From assembly GCF_017355875.1 (NCBI RefSeq), contig NZ_JAFEWC010000004.1, forward strand, positions 12,989 through 76,988: DNA of 64,000 nt, in the 5' to 3' direction. This document shows, piece by piece, positions 46,715 through 56,820 of the stretch. The notes beneath the pieces were generated by a model. It saw nothing but the letters and a program-made list of their open reading frames with translations, was not told the origin of the DNA and searched no databases. Both the position numbers and the translations under genes were made by a program. The number at the start of each line of letters is the position of its first letter. Within the stretch, counting starts at the first letter, position 1. This stretch comes from Aridibaculum aurantiacum (GTDB lineage Bacteria; Bacteroidota; Bacteroidia; Chitinophagales; Chitinophagaceae).

Positions 46715-48175
46715 TTATTTAGCTACCATTATCTTCTGGAACAACTGTTCACCGTGGTGATACACGATAACCATGTACGTACCATTGATCAGCTGGCTTG
46801 CATCGAGCCTGATGGTGTTACCATTCATTTTCAGGTTGTGCTGCTGTACCATTTTGCCGCTTGCATCGGTTATGCGAACCAGTACGGTGCCATTTACATT
46901 GTTATTTAGCTGTAGTTGCATATAACTTGAAACAGGATTTGGATACACTATGAGCTTGCTATTTAGCGGCACGTGCACCGAGAACACCTGGCTATACTTA
47001 TACGAACCGTCTTTATCTACCATTTTCAACCTATAGTAAATGCGCTGCCCACGATTGGTAATAGATTTATCTGTATAGCTATACTGGCGGCTATTGGTGG
47101 CTACTACCTCATCAATCTTTTGGTAAGTAATTCCATTAATGCTTTTCTCGATCTCGTACCTGGCAAGGTCCGATTCGTTTTCTGACAGCCACTCAAGCAA
47201 AACATTCTCCGCTTGCAGTTTTCCACCAAACTGTACCAGGTCTACCGGCAATGCAGTTAATCCCGGGCAGCTACTATTCCAAACCCTCGTTACAAACTGC
47301 GGGCTATCAACAAAAGGATTCCTGTTTCCCTGGTAAGTATAAGCGGCATTGTTACGGTCTATTTCCTTCTGGCTTACCGGGTCTAACTGGTGCCACTGGA
47401 TCATAAGACGCAGGTAAGGAATATCTACGCTGGGATAAGTATTAGGTTCAAAAGCTTGTGCAGCCTCAGAATTAGCTGCATAGTTGGCCATGTTATCCTC
47501 GTACCGGGTCACGAAATACAGGAAAGCCCTGGCAAGATCTCCTTTGAAAGAATCAATAGGCTCGAACACGGGACCTGTAATTCCTGCCACCGCCGAAGAA
47601 CCCAACTTACTTCCGTTTTGCGTAGTATGAGTAGCCGTTGCCACTTTACCGTATGGATAGTTAGCTCTTAATCCATTCACGTATTTATCCGTTGGAAAAA
47701 TATGGTGATAATCAGTTGCCGGACCCGGCGTACTGGTACTTCCAGAGAACCAGCTTAAAGGAACGGAGTGTTCGCGATTGTACAATTGTCCTTCTGAGGT
47801 ACCACCGGAGCCCTGGTCCTGTTGGCCACCTGTACCTGTGCCGGGTGTGAAATTATAAGGATCATTACTTGGACCCGGCCGATCTGAATACACATCCCAG
47901 ATAACCATGGCCGAACCAGTTCCTACTTCACGAGGCTTTACATCCGATACCTGGAACTGGGTCCATAGATCGCCATAAGTTCGTGGATTATGACCATTTG
48001 TAATGATGGATTTGAGCGTTGTCTTTAAACCACTGCACGACAATCCTGAAGTTGATTGATAATATCCTGCAGGAACCTGTGCTATAGAAAATATAGAGGT
48101 TAGTGTATAAGCAGCAAGTAAGAAATATTTCATAGATAGTAGCAAAAAGCGGTAAATGTAAATTTTTACCTCCAC
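46715..48175 (-). CDS. Secreted endonuclease I-family nuclease with a T9SS C-terminal sorting domain
   Basis: Signal peptide present. Endonuclease-I-like motifs: YNREHSVPLSWF and QGNRNPFVDSPQFV. The C-terminal ~80 aa (LIVYPNPVSS…GTYMVIVYHHGEQLFQKIMVAK) form a T9SS CTD. Confidence 0.55.
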   Translation of the reverse strand: MEVKIYIYRFLLLSMKYFLLAAYTLTSIFSIAQVPAGYYQSTSGLSCSGLKTTLKSIITNGHNPRTYGDLWTQFQVSDVKPREVGTGSAMVIWDVYSDRPGPSNDPYNFTPGTGTGGQQDQGSGGTSEGQLYNREHSVPLSWFSGSTSTPGPATDYHHIFPTDKYVNGLRANYPYGKVATATHTTQNGSKLGSSAVAGITGPVFEPIDSFKGDLARAFLYFVTRYEDNMANYAANSEAAQAFEPNTYPSVDIPYLRLMIQWHQLDPVSQKEIDRNNAAYTYQGNRNPFVDSPQFVTRVWNSSCPGLTALPVDLVQFGGKLQAENVLLEWLSENESDLARYEIEKSINGITYQKIDEVVATNSRQYSYTDKSITNRGQRIYYRLKMVDKDGSYKYSQVFSVHVPLNSKLIVYPNPVSSYMQLQLNNNVNGTVLVRITDASGKMVQQHNLKMNGNTIRLDASQLINGTYMVIVYHHGEQLFQKIMVAK

Positions 48176-48226
48176 CGATGGCTGTTAAAAAGATGTAGAA
48201 TTCATCTTCATAAATATCATGCCCAT

Positions 48227-49456
48227 TTAGAGAATGGATTGCACCTTCAAAACCACTTCTTTCAGCTGGTTACCACGCCTTATGATCATCCTTGCACGGG
48301 AGTTGGCCAGTTGCAGAATATTCTTATATACCTGGATATTTCCGCTCAGATTATTATTAACCGAAATGATCACATCTCCGGGTTGTAAACCTGCCCTTTC
48401 GCCCGGCGAGTTTTTTATCACATCTTCTATCACTATTTCGCCATCTACCAGGTAAATGCCGAGCCCGGTATATGAGTAATCAAAAGGTTCTTCAAAATGT
48501 GTATTGGGCGAAAGGTGTATCTCTTTCTTTTCATAATTCAGTACCAGGTTAAAACGCCTTAGCAGGTCGTTGCCTACCAGGCCTCCCAATTCAGGGTAGT
48601 TGGTCAGGCCATTATCATCGTGAAAAAGGTGCACCGGAACATTCCTGAACTTATAAGGGCCCAAACGCATTTCCTTCACCGTCGTTAGTCGCATAGCTTT
48701 TTTTCCTCCCAGTCCCTCGCCTTGCGTTTCAATGATCTTCTTGCGGCGGCCAGTCAGCAGGCTGTCGCCAGCGTATTCTTCCGAAAGTAAAAGACACAAA
48801 CCCGCACCGGTATCAAAATAAAAACTGGAAGTGGAAGAGCGTCCGTCTCGAATGGAGGCACCAAAAACAGGCAGATTGTTTAGCCGCGGCCTAAGCACCC
48901 AGCCCTGCCGCGGGTAGCTTATACTGCCTTGCGAGTAAACCTGCAACAGGTATTTATCATAATCTACCTTTACAATATACCTGCTCAAAAAGCTATAACC
49001 GATTATCCCATCGATCTTTAGCCCATACACACTGGTAAGTATGTCGTAGTCATTAATGTGAAAATCCAGCTGGTGCACCGCCAGCCCCGGGAAGTTCAAA
49101 CGCTGGTTTAGTACAAATGAGACGGTCCTGGTGCCGGCCAACCCGCGTATGGTTCTTTGCGACGGAGTTACTTTCAGCTTTAGGTAAGCTACCGTGGTAC
49201 TATCCAGCGAAATTCCACCGCTGCCGGTGTCCAATATAAAATTCAGCGTGTCAGGAAAATCAGAAAGCGTAGCCTGCAAAATAATTACTCCGCCACTCAA
49301 CAGTTTTATGGGAAATGAAGCCAGGAGTTTCGCCTGTGGCTTTATAAAATCCTCCTGTGCATGAGTGGCTATAGTACATACCAACAGGCTGCTGATTACA
49401 AGCAGGATCTTTAGGTAACCAGCCTTGGTACTACTATCAGGCTTTTGTTGTGTCAC
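48227..49456 (-). CDS. Retropepsin-like aspartyl protease with a C-terminal PDZ domain
   Basis: Signal peptide present. Two D-T/S-G motifs (ILDTGSGGISLD and YFDTGAGLCLL). PDZ-like segment GLQPGDVIISVNN. Confidence 0.5.
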   Translation of the reverse strand: MTQQKPDSSTKAGYLKILLVISSLLVCTIATHAQEDFIKPQAKLLASFPIKLLSGGVIILQATLSDFPDTLNFILDTGSGGISLDSTTVAYLKLKVTPSQRTIRGLAGTRTVSFVLNQRLNFPGLAVHQLDFHINDYDILTSVYGLKIDGIIGYSFLSRYIVKVDYDKYLLQVYSQGSISYPRQGWVLRPRLNNLPVFGASIRDGRSSTSSFYFDTGAGLCLLLSEEYAGDSLLTGRRKKIIETQGEGLGGKKAMRLTTVKEMRLGPYKFRNVPVHLFHDDNGLTNYPELGGLVGNDLLRRFNLVLNYEKKEIHLSPNTHFEEPFDYSYTGLGIYLVDGEIVIEDVIKNSPGERAGLQPGDVIISVNNNLSGNIQVYKNILQLANSRARMIIRRGNQLKEVVLKVQSIL

Positions 49457-49612
49457 TCACTTCAGGGTTTAGTACGCTATTCAGCCAATCAAATTACAGC
49501 TTTACATGTGCACTACCAGCAGTATGTATTAATATAATTTAAGAAACAACTAGCTTACTCTTATAGCTGATGCAGTTGTGGTGTCGTACTTTTGCGAGCT
49601 ATAAATTATTAC

Positions 49613-50737
49613 ATGCAATTAGCTGATTTATACCAGAAGGCGCTCAATTTCGGCTTTCTTAGCGTAGAAGAAGGTGTCTTTCTTTTTGACAATGCTCCCA
49701 CTGCCGACCTGATGCAGGTAGCCAACGAACTTCGCAAGCAGCAGGTGCCGCATGGTAAAGTTACCTGGATCATCGACCGCAATATGAACACAACCAACGT
49801 GTGTATTGCCAACTGTAAGTTCTGCAACTTCTACCGCATACCTGGTCATCCCGAAGCGTATGTTACTGACCTGGAAACGTACAGGCAGAAAATTGAAGAA
49901 ACCTTTAGGTATGGCGGCGAGCAGCTCCTCCTGCAAGGTGGTCACCATCCTGATCTTGGCCTGCAGTATTATGTAGACCTGTTCCGGAACCTAAAGCAAA
50001 TGTTCCCTAACCTGAAGCTTCACACTTTAGGACCTCCCGAAGTAGCGCACATTACCAAGCTGGAAAAAAGCACGCACCACGAAGTACTTAAAGCTTTGAA
50101 AGAAGCTGGAATGGACAGCATGCCTGGTCCGGGTGCCGAAATACTGGTTGATCGTGTTCGCCGTTTGATAAGCAAAGGCAAATGCGGATCGCAGGAATGG
50201 CTCGACATAATGCACGAAGCGCATAAGCTGGATATTACTACCAGCGCTACCATGATGTTTGGACATGTAGAAACAGTGACTGAGCGTTTTGAGCACCTGG
50301 TAAAGATCCGCGAAGTGCAGGCAAAAAAGCCAGAGCACGCTAAAGGTTTTGTTGCTTTTATCCCGTGGACCTTCCAGGATGTAGATACACTGCTTGCACG
50401 TATACGTGGTGTACACAATCTTACTACAGCCGACGAATACATAAGGATGATCGCACTTAGCCGTATCATGCTGCCAAACGTAAAGAACATTCAAGCCAGC
50501 TGGCTAACGGTTGGAAAGCAGGTTGGACAAATCTGTTTACATGCAGGTGCCAACGACTTTGGCAGCATCATGATAGAAGAGAATGTAGTAAGTGCTGCAG
50601 GCGCTCCTCACAGGTTTACCAGCAAAAGCATTCAACAAGCTATCCGCGAAGCAGGTTTCGAACCACAGCTGCGCAACCAGCAATACGAGTTCAGGCAATT
50701 ACCAGAAGTAATGGAAGAACAGGTGATCAGCTATTGA
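49613..50737 (+). CDS. Radical SAM menaquinone (futalosine pathway) enzyme, MqnC/MqnE family
   Basis: CIANCKFCNF radical-SAM Cys triad. Family-typical N-terminus MQLADLYQKALNFGFLSVEEGVFLF. The supplied ORF has an upstream Met at 49592. Confidence 0.7.
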   Translation: MQLADLYQKALNFGFLSVEEGVFLFDNAPTADLMQVANELRKQQVPHGKVTWIIDRNMNTTNVCIANCKFCNFYRIPGHPEAYVTDLETYRQKIEETFRYGGEQLLLQGGHHPDLGLQYYVDLFRNLKQMFPNLKLHTLGPPEVAHITKLEKSTHHEVLKALKEAGMDSMPGPGAEILVDRVRRLISKGKCGSQEWLDIMHEAHKLDITTSATMMFGHVETVTERFEHLVKIREVQAKKPEHAKGFVAFIPWTFQDVDTLLARIRGVHNLTTADEYIRMIALSRIMLPNVKNIQASWLTVGKQVGQICLHAGANDFGSIMIEENVVSAAGAPHRFTSKSIQQAIREAGFEPQLRNQQYEFRQLPEVMEEQVISY

Positions 50738-50762
50738 TCATCATTGGTTTCAGCATAATTAA

Positions 50763-50800
50763 ACCTACTGTAGCATCGCCTGCAGTAGGTTTTTCTTTTT
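50763..50800 (+). terminator. Rho-independent terminator after the mqn gene
   Basis: CCTACTG-tagcatcgc-CAGTAGG hairpin followed by TTTTTCTTTTT. Confidence 0.65.
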
Positions 50801-50866
50801 AATTCATCCAGCATATGGCATCGCTAGGAATGTTTTTTGTGCAACCGGTGATTTCAAGCAATCACT

Positions 50867-51967
50867 ATGTGGAAACAGTTAATAGATCAAATAGACTCTT
50901 TGCCTCCGTATGCACTCAACTTAGTACTGGCTTTGGCCGCTATTCTTACAGGATTGATTTTTAAAGGAATAGCTACAATCATTCTTAGAATTTACTCTCG
51001 CAAAAACCTGGATTATTCGCTTTTCAGAAGCATCATTAGCCGTTTAAGCACACCTATTACGTGGTTTTTGCCTTTGCTTACGCTCAATATCGTGTTGCCG
51101 CTAATGGTTCTAAATGCACGGCAGCTGAAAGTGTTGAATAATATCAACGGTATACTGCTCATCGTCGTTTTTGCCTATATACTGATAGCCTTGGTGCATA
51201 TTGTCCAGGATTATTTTTACAATATTTATGACCTGCGAAAAGAAGACAACCTGCGTGAACGAAGGGTAAGAACACAGATCCAGTTCATCAGGAAACTTCT
51301 TATCGGGATGATCGTAATCATTTCAATAGGAGCGATTTTATTAAGCTTCCCAAGCCTGCGCAGGGTAGGAGCTGGTCTGCTTACCGGTGTGGGTGTGGGT
51401 GGTATCATTATCGGTTTGGCTGCACAGAAAACATTGGGTAACCTTTTGGCAGGATTGCAAATAGCATTTACGCAACCTATACGTATAGATGATGTAGTGA
51501 TAGTAGAAAATGAATGGGGCAGGATAGAGGAAATTACTTTGACTTATGTGGTAGTGAATATTTGGGACCAGCGCCGGCTGGTGGTTCCTATCAACCATTT
51601 CATAGAGAAACCTTTCCAAAACTGGACACGAACAACATCACAGATACTGGGTACCGTTTTCCTTTACCTCGATTATACTGCACCTGTAGATATGATAAGA
51701 GCGGAGTTCGACAGGCTGGTGAATAAATCGCATCTATGGGATAGGAGAGTAGGCGTTTTACAAGTTACCAATACTACGGATCGCACCATAGAACTGCGTG
51801 TATTAGTGAGTGCCGCCAGTGCCGGAAATGCATTTGATCTAAGGTGTTATTTGCGCGAAAACCTGGTGTCTTTCATACAAAAGAATTATCCCGACTCCTT
51901 GCCTAAAACAAGAGCAGAAATTTCACCGGAAAAACAACCTGCTGAGCTTGTTGACCTGCTGAAATAA
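50867..51967 (+). CDS. Small-conductance mechanosensitive channel (MscS family)
   Basis: 366 aa. N-terminal TM helices then the MscS pore/beta-domain pattern (…GNLLAGLQIAFTQPIRIDDVVIVENEWGRIEEITLTYVVV…). Confidence 0.8.
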   Translation: MWKQLIDQIDSLPPYALNLVLALAAILTGLIFKGIATIILRIYSRKNLDYSLFRSIISRLSTPITWFLPLLTLNIVLPLMVLNARQLKVLNNINGILLIVVFAYILIALVHIVQDYFYNIYDLRKEDNLRERRVRTQIQFIRKLLIGMIVIISIGAILLSFPSLRRVGAGLLTGVGVGGIIIGLAAQKTLGNLLAGLQIAFTQPIRIDDVVIVENEWGRIEEITLTYVVVNIWDQRRLVVPINHFIEKPFQNWTRTTSQILGTVFLYLDYTAPVDMIRAEFDRLVNKSHLWDRRVGVLQVTNTTDRTIELRVLVSAASAGNAFDLRCYLRENLVSFIQKNYPDSLPKTRAEISPEKQPAELVDLLK

Positions 51968-51991
51968 TAAAGCGGAAAAGGAGCTAAAGCT

Positions 51992-52306
51992 TTATTTTTT
52001 ACCGCGCAACATATCGGAGCCAAAGCATTTTATATGACCATCAGGCCTGTTGGTAGCAATTCTTCTCATACCTGTAGAAAAGCGTTGCTTTTTTGCCTGC
52101 ATTTTATCTTTTGCCTCTGTTTGAGCAAAATAAAGCCGGATCACTTCTTCGAGAACAATTGCTTTAGGAGCAAGTTTATGATTAGTGGAAATTATCTTTT
52201 TTAAAGATGGCAAAGCATCAACACCAAATCTTGATGCTACCTGAACAAAATCAACCTCCTCTTGGTGCAAACATTCATTGATCTGTTCAACCAGGTTCTG
52301 TTTCAT
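51992..52306 (-). CDS. Hypothetical protein
   Basis: 104-aa ORF. Coding-like composition, no recognisable motif. Confidence 0.35.
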   Translation of the reverse strand: MKQNLVEQINECLHQEEVDFVQVASRFGVDALPSLKKIISTNHKLAPKAIVLEEVIRLYFAQTEAKDKMQAKKQRFSTGMRRIATNRPDGHIKCFGSDMLRGKK

Positions 52307-52477
52307 GATGTATAGTTTATGCAGCTATGGTTTATTTAGAAAATCTTAAACAAAACCCAGGCCGCGTATACAGCCTGATTTTTAGCTAAGACTTGTAAAA
52401 GATACATTATTTCAGGAAGTAGCTGTTAAAAAGAAATTCGTAATCTTGAAAGCGATAAAACACCTTTTTTAAATTGT

Positions 52478-53308
52478 ATGATACCTATAAGCACGATCAT
52501 TTTAATTATCACTGTTCTTGTTTCTTATAAAGGTTTGAAAGACCATTCGTTCTACGACAGGTATTGCTTTAAAATAGCGCCAGTAATACATTACAAAGAT
52601 TATAAACGCATTATTACTTCTGCATTTTTACACGTAAGCTGGATGCACCTGATTTTCAATATGGTAGCTCTTTATTTTTTTAGCAGCAGTGTAGAATTAG
52701 CACTTGGTCCTGTTTATTATCTTATTATTTATTTCTCTTCCATCATTGGTGGCAACCTGCTAAGTATGTTCATTCACAGGCACCACGATAGCTACAGTGC
52801 AGCCGGTGCCTCAGGGGCCATTTGTGGGGTAATATTTGCAGCTATTGCCATTATCCCGGGAATGAGTGTAGGCCTGTTTCTTTTGCCATTTAGCATGCCG
52901 GGCTGGTTGTTTGGATTGATCTATGTTGCTGTTTCTATTTATGGCATCAGGTCGAGGCGCGATAACATAGGCCACGATGCACACCTTGGCGGCGGACTAA
53001 CGGGCATGTTTGTAGCCATTGCGTTACACCCTTCAGTCATTACTACCAATATTGTTACCATCCTAATTGTAGCTGTACCAGCTATTGCATTTATCCTGTT
53101 CATTATTTATAAACCTGAAGCATTGTTGGTAGATAATATGTTTTACCGCAGCAACAGTTTTTATACTGCAGACGACAAGTACAACCTGACTAAAAAACAA
53201 AAGCAGCAGGCACTGGATGATATACTGGAGAAGATCCACAAAAAAGGCATGAATAGCCTGACTGCAAAGGAGAAAATGCTACTGAAAGAATATTCCGAAA
53301 AGGCATAA
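52478..53308 (+). CDS. Rhomboid-family intramembrane serine protease
   Basis: GASGAICG catalytic-serine motif in a TM helix. Histidine in AHLGGGLTG. Six to seven TM helices. Confidence 0.8.
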   Translation: MIPISTIILIITVLVSYKGLKDHSFYDRYCFKIAPVIHYKDYKRIITSAFLHVSWMHLIFNMVALYFFSSSVELALGPVYYLIIYFSSIIGGNLLSMFIHRHHDSYSAAGASGAICGVIFAAIAIIPGMSVGLFLLPFSMPGWLFGLIYVAVSIYGIRSRRDNIGHDAHLGGGLTGMFVAIALHPSVITTNIVTILIVAVPAIAFILFIIYKPEALLVDNMFYRSNSFYTADDKYNLTKKQKQQALDDILEKIHKKGMNSLTAKEKMLLKEYSEKA

Positions 53309-53333
53309 AAAAAGGTTGCCGTGGCAACCCCTT
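53307..53333. terminator. Bidirectional terminator hairpin between convergent genes
   Basis: AAAAAA-GGTTGCC-gt-GGCAACC. The T-run is on the minus-strand side, serving the 53354..53611 ORF. Confidence 0.55.
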
Positions 53334-53353
53334 ACATAGGTTAGCAACTAATT

Positions 53354-53611
53354 TTAAACTTCTCTTCTGCTACCACCGCGAAGTAGTGCTACAAGTAGTA
53401 AAATAAATACAGCGATACCTACAACCCATACCCAAGGAGAACCAAAAAATCCTCCGCCGCCACTATTAGTATTTACGTTAACATCTAATTGTCCGCCTCC
53501 GCCGCCACCATCTTGTGCGAATGTTACAACAGAAACAAGTATTGCCATTAAAGCCATGAAAAATTTAGAAATGAAAGCCAGCGGTGCTGATTTTCTAAGA
53601 ACGGTTTGCAT
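53354..53611 (-). CDS. Small Gly-rich membrane/secreted protein (hypothetical)
   Basis: 85 aa. N-terminal TM/signal segment, GGGGGG and GGGG runs, C-terminal TM helix. Confidence 0.35.
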   Translation of the reverse strand: MQTVLRKSAPLAFISKFFMALMAILVSVVTFAQDGGGGGGQLDVNVNTNSGGGGFFGSPWVWVVGIAVFILLLVALLRGGSRREV

Positions 53612-53691
53612 GATATTGTTTTTTAAAAATGAATTAATTATTAGTAAATTTTTAAAATATCATGCCATATAATACATCCAGCAAACACCTA

Positions 53692-54765
53692 TTAGATCTT
53701 CAAAGAAAAGAGCTCCAGGCCATTGCCTTTTCCTTTTAGTTCTACCATGCCTAATGCTTCAGTTTGCCAGGCTTTCAGATCTATAAGCTCACGCATTTCT
53801 TCCGAAATAATATACTTCTGGTTTAGCTCGCTACAAGCACTGCGAATGCGTGCCGTAGTATTCATAGTATCGCCGCTCATGGCAATATCTTTTTTGATTA
53901 CGCCTATCTCTCCTACTGTTACATCACCTACATGTATACCTACCCTAAACTCAGGAATAACTCCATATTTCCGCCTGAAGTCTTCGTTGTGTTTTTGCAG
54001 GTTCTTACGAGCCTCAATCAATGCCGCCATACAACGCTTTGCATTCTTCTTATTGTTCACCCACGACACCACTACCTCATCGCCAACGTATTGGTAAATG
54101 TTTCCACCATGCTCAATGATAGCATGCGATATCTGGTGAATAAAATCGCGGATGAATTTGAAGTATTGCTGGTGTCCCAGTTTCTCGGCGATAGGCGTCG
54201 AATCTTTCAGGTCAAGAAACATAACAATACGTTTCTCAATTTTAGGCTCGATGTATTTTCCGATCAATATATCCATGAACACGCCCGGCGAGTACTTTTC
54301 ATTTATCTCCAGTACCAGTTGCGTCATAAAGAATAGCCCCATCCAGTAGATGATCTTTTGCGTTAGCCAATCAGGCTGAAATGCATCTTGCCCATAGCGA
54401 TGAAATGCTTCTACAACGCCAAGATCTAGGATGAAAACAATGTGGGCTGCATGAATGAGGTAGTTAACTATATAAGCCGCCACCAACAGTATAAGACTGC
54501 GAAGCAAAAAGCTAAGCCAGAGCGAATGACGCGTAAATAATTTTCGCAACTTAAACACCAGCAGGTAACCGATACCCAGGCTCATTACAAATAATAAAAA
54601 CGAACGTAGCGCTATGGCTGATGCAAAGCTGTAGTAAGTAGGTTCGCTTCGCGTAAGCAGTACCACAAAATCTAAACACGTCCAGAAAAGTGATATATAA
54701 AAAATGAGCTTAAACCTATACCTGTTTACAAAGCTGAAATTGAAATATTGTTTCAGGGATTTCAT
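53692..54765 (-). CDS. Membrane-anchored class III adenylate/guanylate cyclase
   Basis: 357 aa. About six N-terminal TM helices. The C-terminal cyclase domain shows a FLDLKDSTPIAEKLG metal-binding segment and GDEVVVSW…GIHVGDVTVGEIG. Its start overlaps the ppk1 stop by 4 bp. Confidence 0.75.
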   Translation of the reverse strand: MKSLKQYFNFSFVNRYRFKLIFYISLFWTCLDFVVLLTRSEPTYYSFASAIALRSFLLFVMSLGIGYLLVFKLRKLFTRHSLWLSFLLRSLILLVAAYIVNYLIHAAHIVFILDLGVVEAFHRYGQDAFQPDWLTQKIIYWMGLFFMTQLVLEINEKYSPGVFMDILIGKYIEPKIEKRIVMFLDLKDSTPIAEKLGHQQYFKFIRDFIHQISHAIIEHGGNIYQYVGDEVVVSWVNNKKNAKRCMAALIEARKNLQKHNEDFRRKYGVIPEFRVGIHVGDVTVGEIGVIKKDIAMSGDTMNTTARIRSACSELNQKYIISEEMRELIDLKAWQTEALGMVELKGKGNGLELFSLKI

Positions 54766-56807
54766 ATGCGGCTTTGCAAGTATTGATAAATTGTTCGTTG
54801 CGCATTGACGGGCTCACCTTCGGGTTGCAATTTTCGCTGCTCCAGGTTAGATGATAAAACAACAGCTTTATCTGTATCCGACCATTGTATATCAAAATAA
54901 TCTACCAGCTCTTTTTTTATCGACAGGTTCTTTATTGATGTGCAAACCTCGATACGGTGGTAAAGGTTACGCGTCATCCAATCAGCTGATCCCATAAAGA
55001 CCTCAGGATTATCACCTGCTCCAAAAATGAACAGCCGTGTATGTTCAAGGTACCGGTCTACTATTCTCTTCACGGTTATTTTCTCACTAACGGAAGTGAT
55101 GCCAGGCATCAGGCAACATATACCACGCACCAGCAACTGAACCGGCACATTTGCCTGGCTCGCCTTGTACAACATGCTTATCATGTGTGGTTCTTCCAGG
55201 CTATTAACCTTTACGCGTATCAATGCATCTTCGCCCATAGAAGCTTTATGTATCTCCTGGTCTATCAGTTTCTCAAAGCGCTCCACCATATTAAATTGAG
55301 AGACCAACAGTTTATCAAACTTCAATCGCGGCTTTTGGTTAAGCTTGTTTTCCTTCTGCAGGTACTTAAACAATTGCAGCAGTTCATTTATGATAAAAGG
55401 ATCTGACGTAAGGAGTACGTGGTCTGTATAAAACTGTGCAGTTATCTCATTGAAATTACCGGTGCTAAGAATAGCATAGGATACAACCTCCTGCCCATTT
55501 TTCTTTTTTATAAGTGCAATTTTAGAATGCACTTTTATATGCGGCATACTGTAGATGATCTTGATGCCGGCCTCACGCATTTTCCTGCTCCACTTTATAT
55601 TATTAGCCTCATCAAAGCGAGCTTTCAGTTCTACAAATGCCGTAACCTTTTTACCATTTTTAGCTGCACTAATCAGTGCATTCACGATGTGAGAATCAGC
55701 AGCAACCCGGTACAGTGTAATATATATTTCAGTAACTGCCGTGTCAACTGCAGCCTGGTTAAAAAAAGACAAAACAGGATTGTACGAATGATAAGGAAGG
55801 TGCAGCAGGATATCTTTAGTATTTAGGATATTGAATATGTCGCCACAATCCATTTCATCCGTCAGCGGTAAAGGTTTTAGCTTTTGGTATTTCAGCTTTT
55901 TATCAAAAGTTGGAAATGAACCCAGGTCACTTAAATGATGATACCTGCCACCGGCAAACATTTCTTCAAACTGAAGATCAAATGCTGAAGCAAGGAATAG
56001 CTGTACATTTCGCGGCATTTCCTGCTCGTATAAAAACCTGGAAGGCGGACCATAATCCCTTTTCTTTAATTGCTTCTCAATTTTGTACAGCAATTCATCA
56101 TTGTATTCATCTTCTAGTTTCAATTCAGCATCACGGTTGAATTTTATACTGTATGTTCCTGCTATTTCGCAAGCCGGAAATACGCAATTCAAATTTTCCC
56201 GGACTATATCGTCAATAAAAATTACATATTGATAATCTTCCAAAGGTGAAAGAACAAAAAAGCGAGGTAATTTATCTGAAGGAATATTTATGACTGCATG
56301 TCGCAAGCTGATATTATCAGAACCCTGTATGGTTACTACCAGGTACAGGTGATTATTCTCAGGAACAAAACGATGTTTGAAATTACCTTCAAGGTATAAA
56401 GGCTGAATAAACGATAGTACCTGCGAAAGAAATATTTCTCTTATTTCACGAATATGCTCCTCGCGTATTTTTTGCTTGTAATAAAAGATAATCCCTTCTT
56501 CTTTTAAGGCAGGCAAAATTTGATCTTCTAGAATGCGTCCGAAATAATCCAGCTGCCTGTTTATTTCGCTTTGCATTTTACCTGGCACGTCTTCATTATA
56601 TCCATTACTTACCTGTGCCTGTATTTTTGTATTTAATTTTGAAAAAGCAAAAATGGAAGGATATCGGACTCTAAAAAATTCATCAAGATTAGATGAAAAA
56701 ATAGAAAGAAATTTTACCCGTTCAAATAAAGGAACATTGTTGTCAGCAGCTTCCTGCAAAACCCTATAATTAAATCCTAACCAACTAAGGTCGCGATTGT
56801 AAAGCAT
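54762..56807 (-). CDS. ppk: Polyphosphate kinase 1
   Basis: 681 aa. PPK1 N-terminus MLYNRDLSWLGFNYRVLQEAADNNVPLFERVKFLSIFSSNLDEFFRVRY. Two PLD-like HKD regions are present. Confidence 0.95.
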   Translation of the reverse strand: MLYNRDLSWLGFNYRVLQEAADNNVPLFERVKFLSIFSSNLDEFFRVRYPSIFAFSKLNTKIQAQVSNGYNEDVPGKMQSEINRQLDYFGRILEDQILPALKEEGIIFYYKQKIREEHIREIREIFLSQVLSFIQPLYLEGNFKHRFVPENNHLYLVVTIQGSDNISLRHAVINIPSDKLPRFFVLSPLEDYQYVIFIDDIVRENLNCVFPACEIAGTYSIKFNRDAELKLEDEYNDELLYKIEKQLKKRDYGPPSRFLYEQEMPRNVQLFLASAFDLQFEEMFAGGRYHHLSDLGSFPTFDKKLKYQKLKPLPLTDEMDCGDIFNILNTKDILLHLPYHSYNPVLSFFNQAAVDTAVTEIYITLYRVAADSHIVNALISAAKNGKKVTAFVELKARFDEANNIKWSRKMREAGIKIIYSMPHIKVHSKIALIKKKNGQEVVSYAILSTGNFNEITAQFYTDHVLLTSDPFIINELLQLFKYLQKENKLNQKPRLKFDKLLVSQFNMVERFEKLIDQEIHKASMGEDALIRVKVNSLEEPHMISMLYKASQANVPVQLLVRGICCLMPGITSVSEKITVKRIVDRYLEHTRLFIFGAGDNPEVFMGSADWMTRNLYHRIEVCTSIKNLSIKKELVDYFDIQWSDTDKAVVLSSNLEQRKLQPEGEPVNAQRTIYQYLQSRI

Positions 56808-56820
56808 CTTAATTAATTGT

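Noticed and set aside
51961-52000. Terminator hairpin after the MscS gene
   Set aside because: The stem is only about 6 AT-rich bp with a 15-nt loop. It is too weak to call, despite the downstream T-run.
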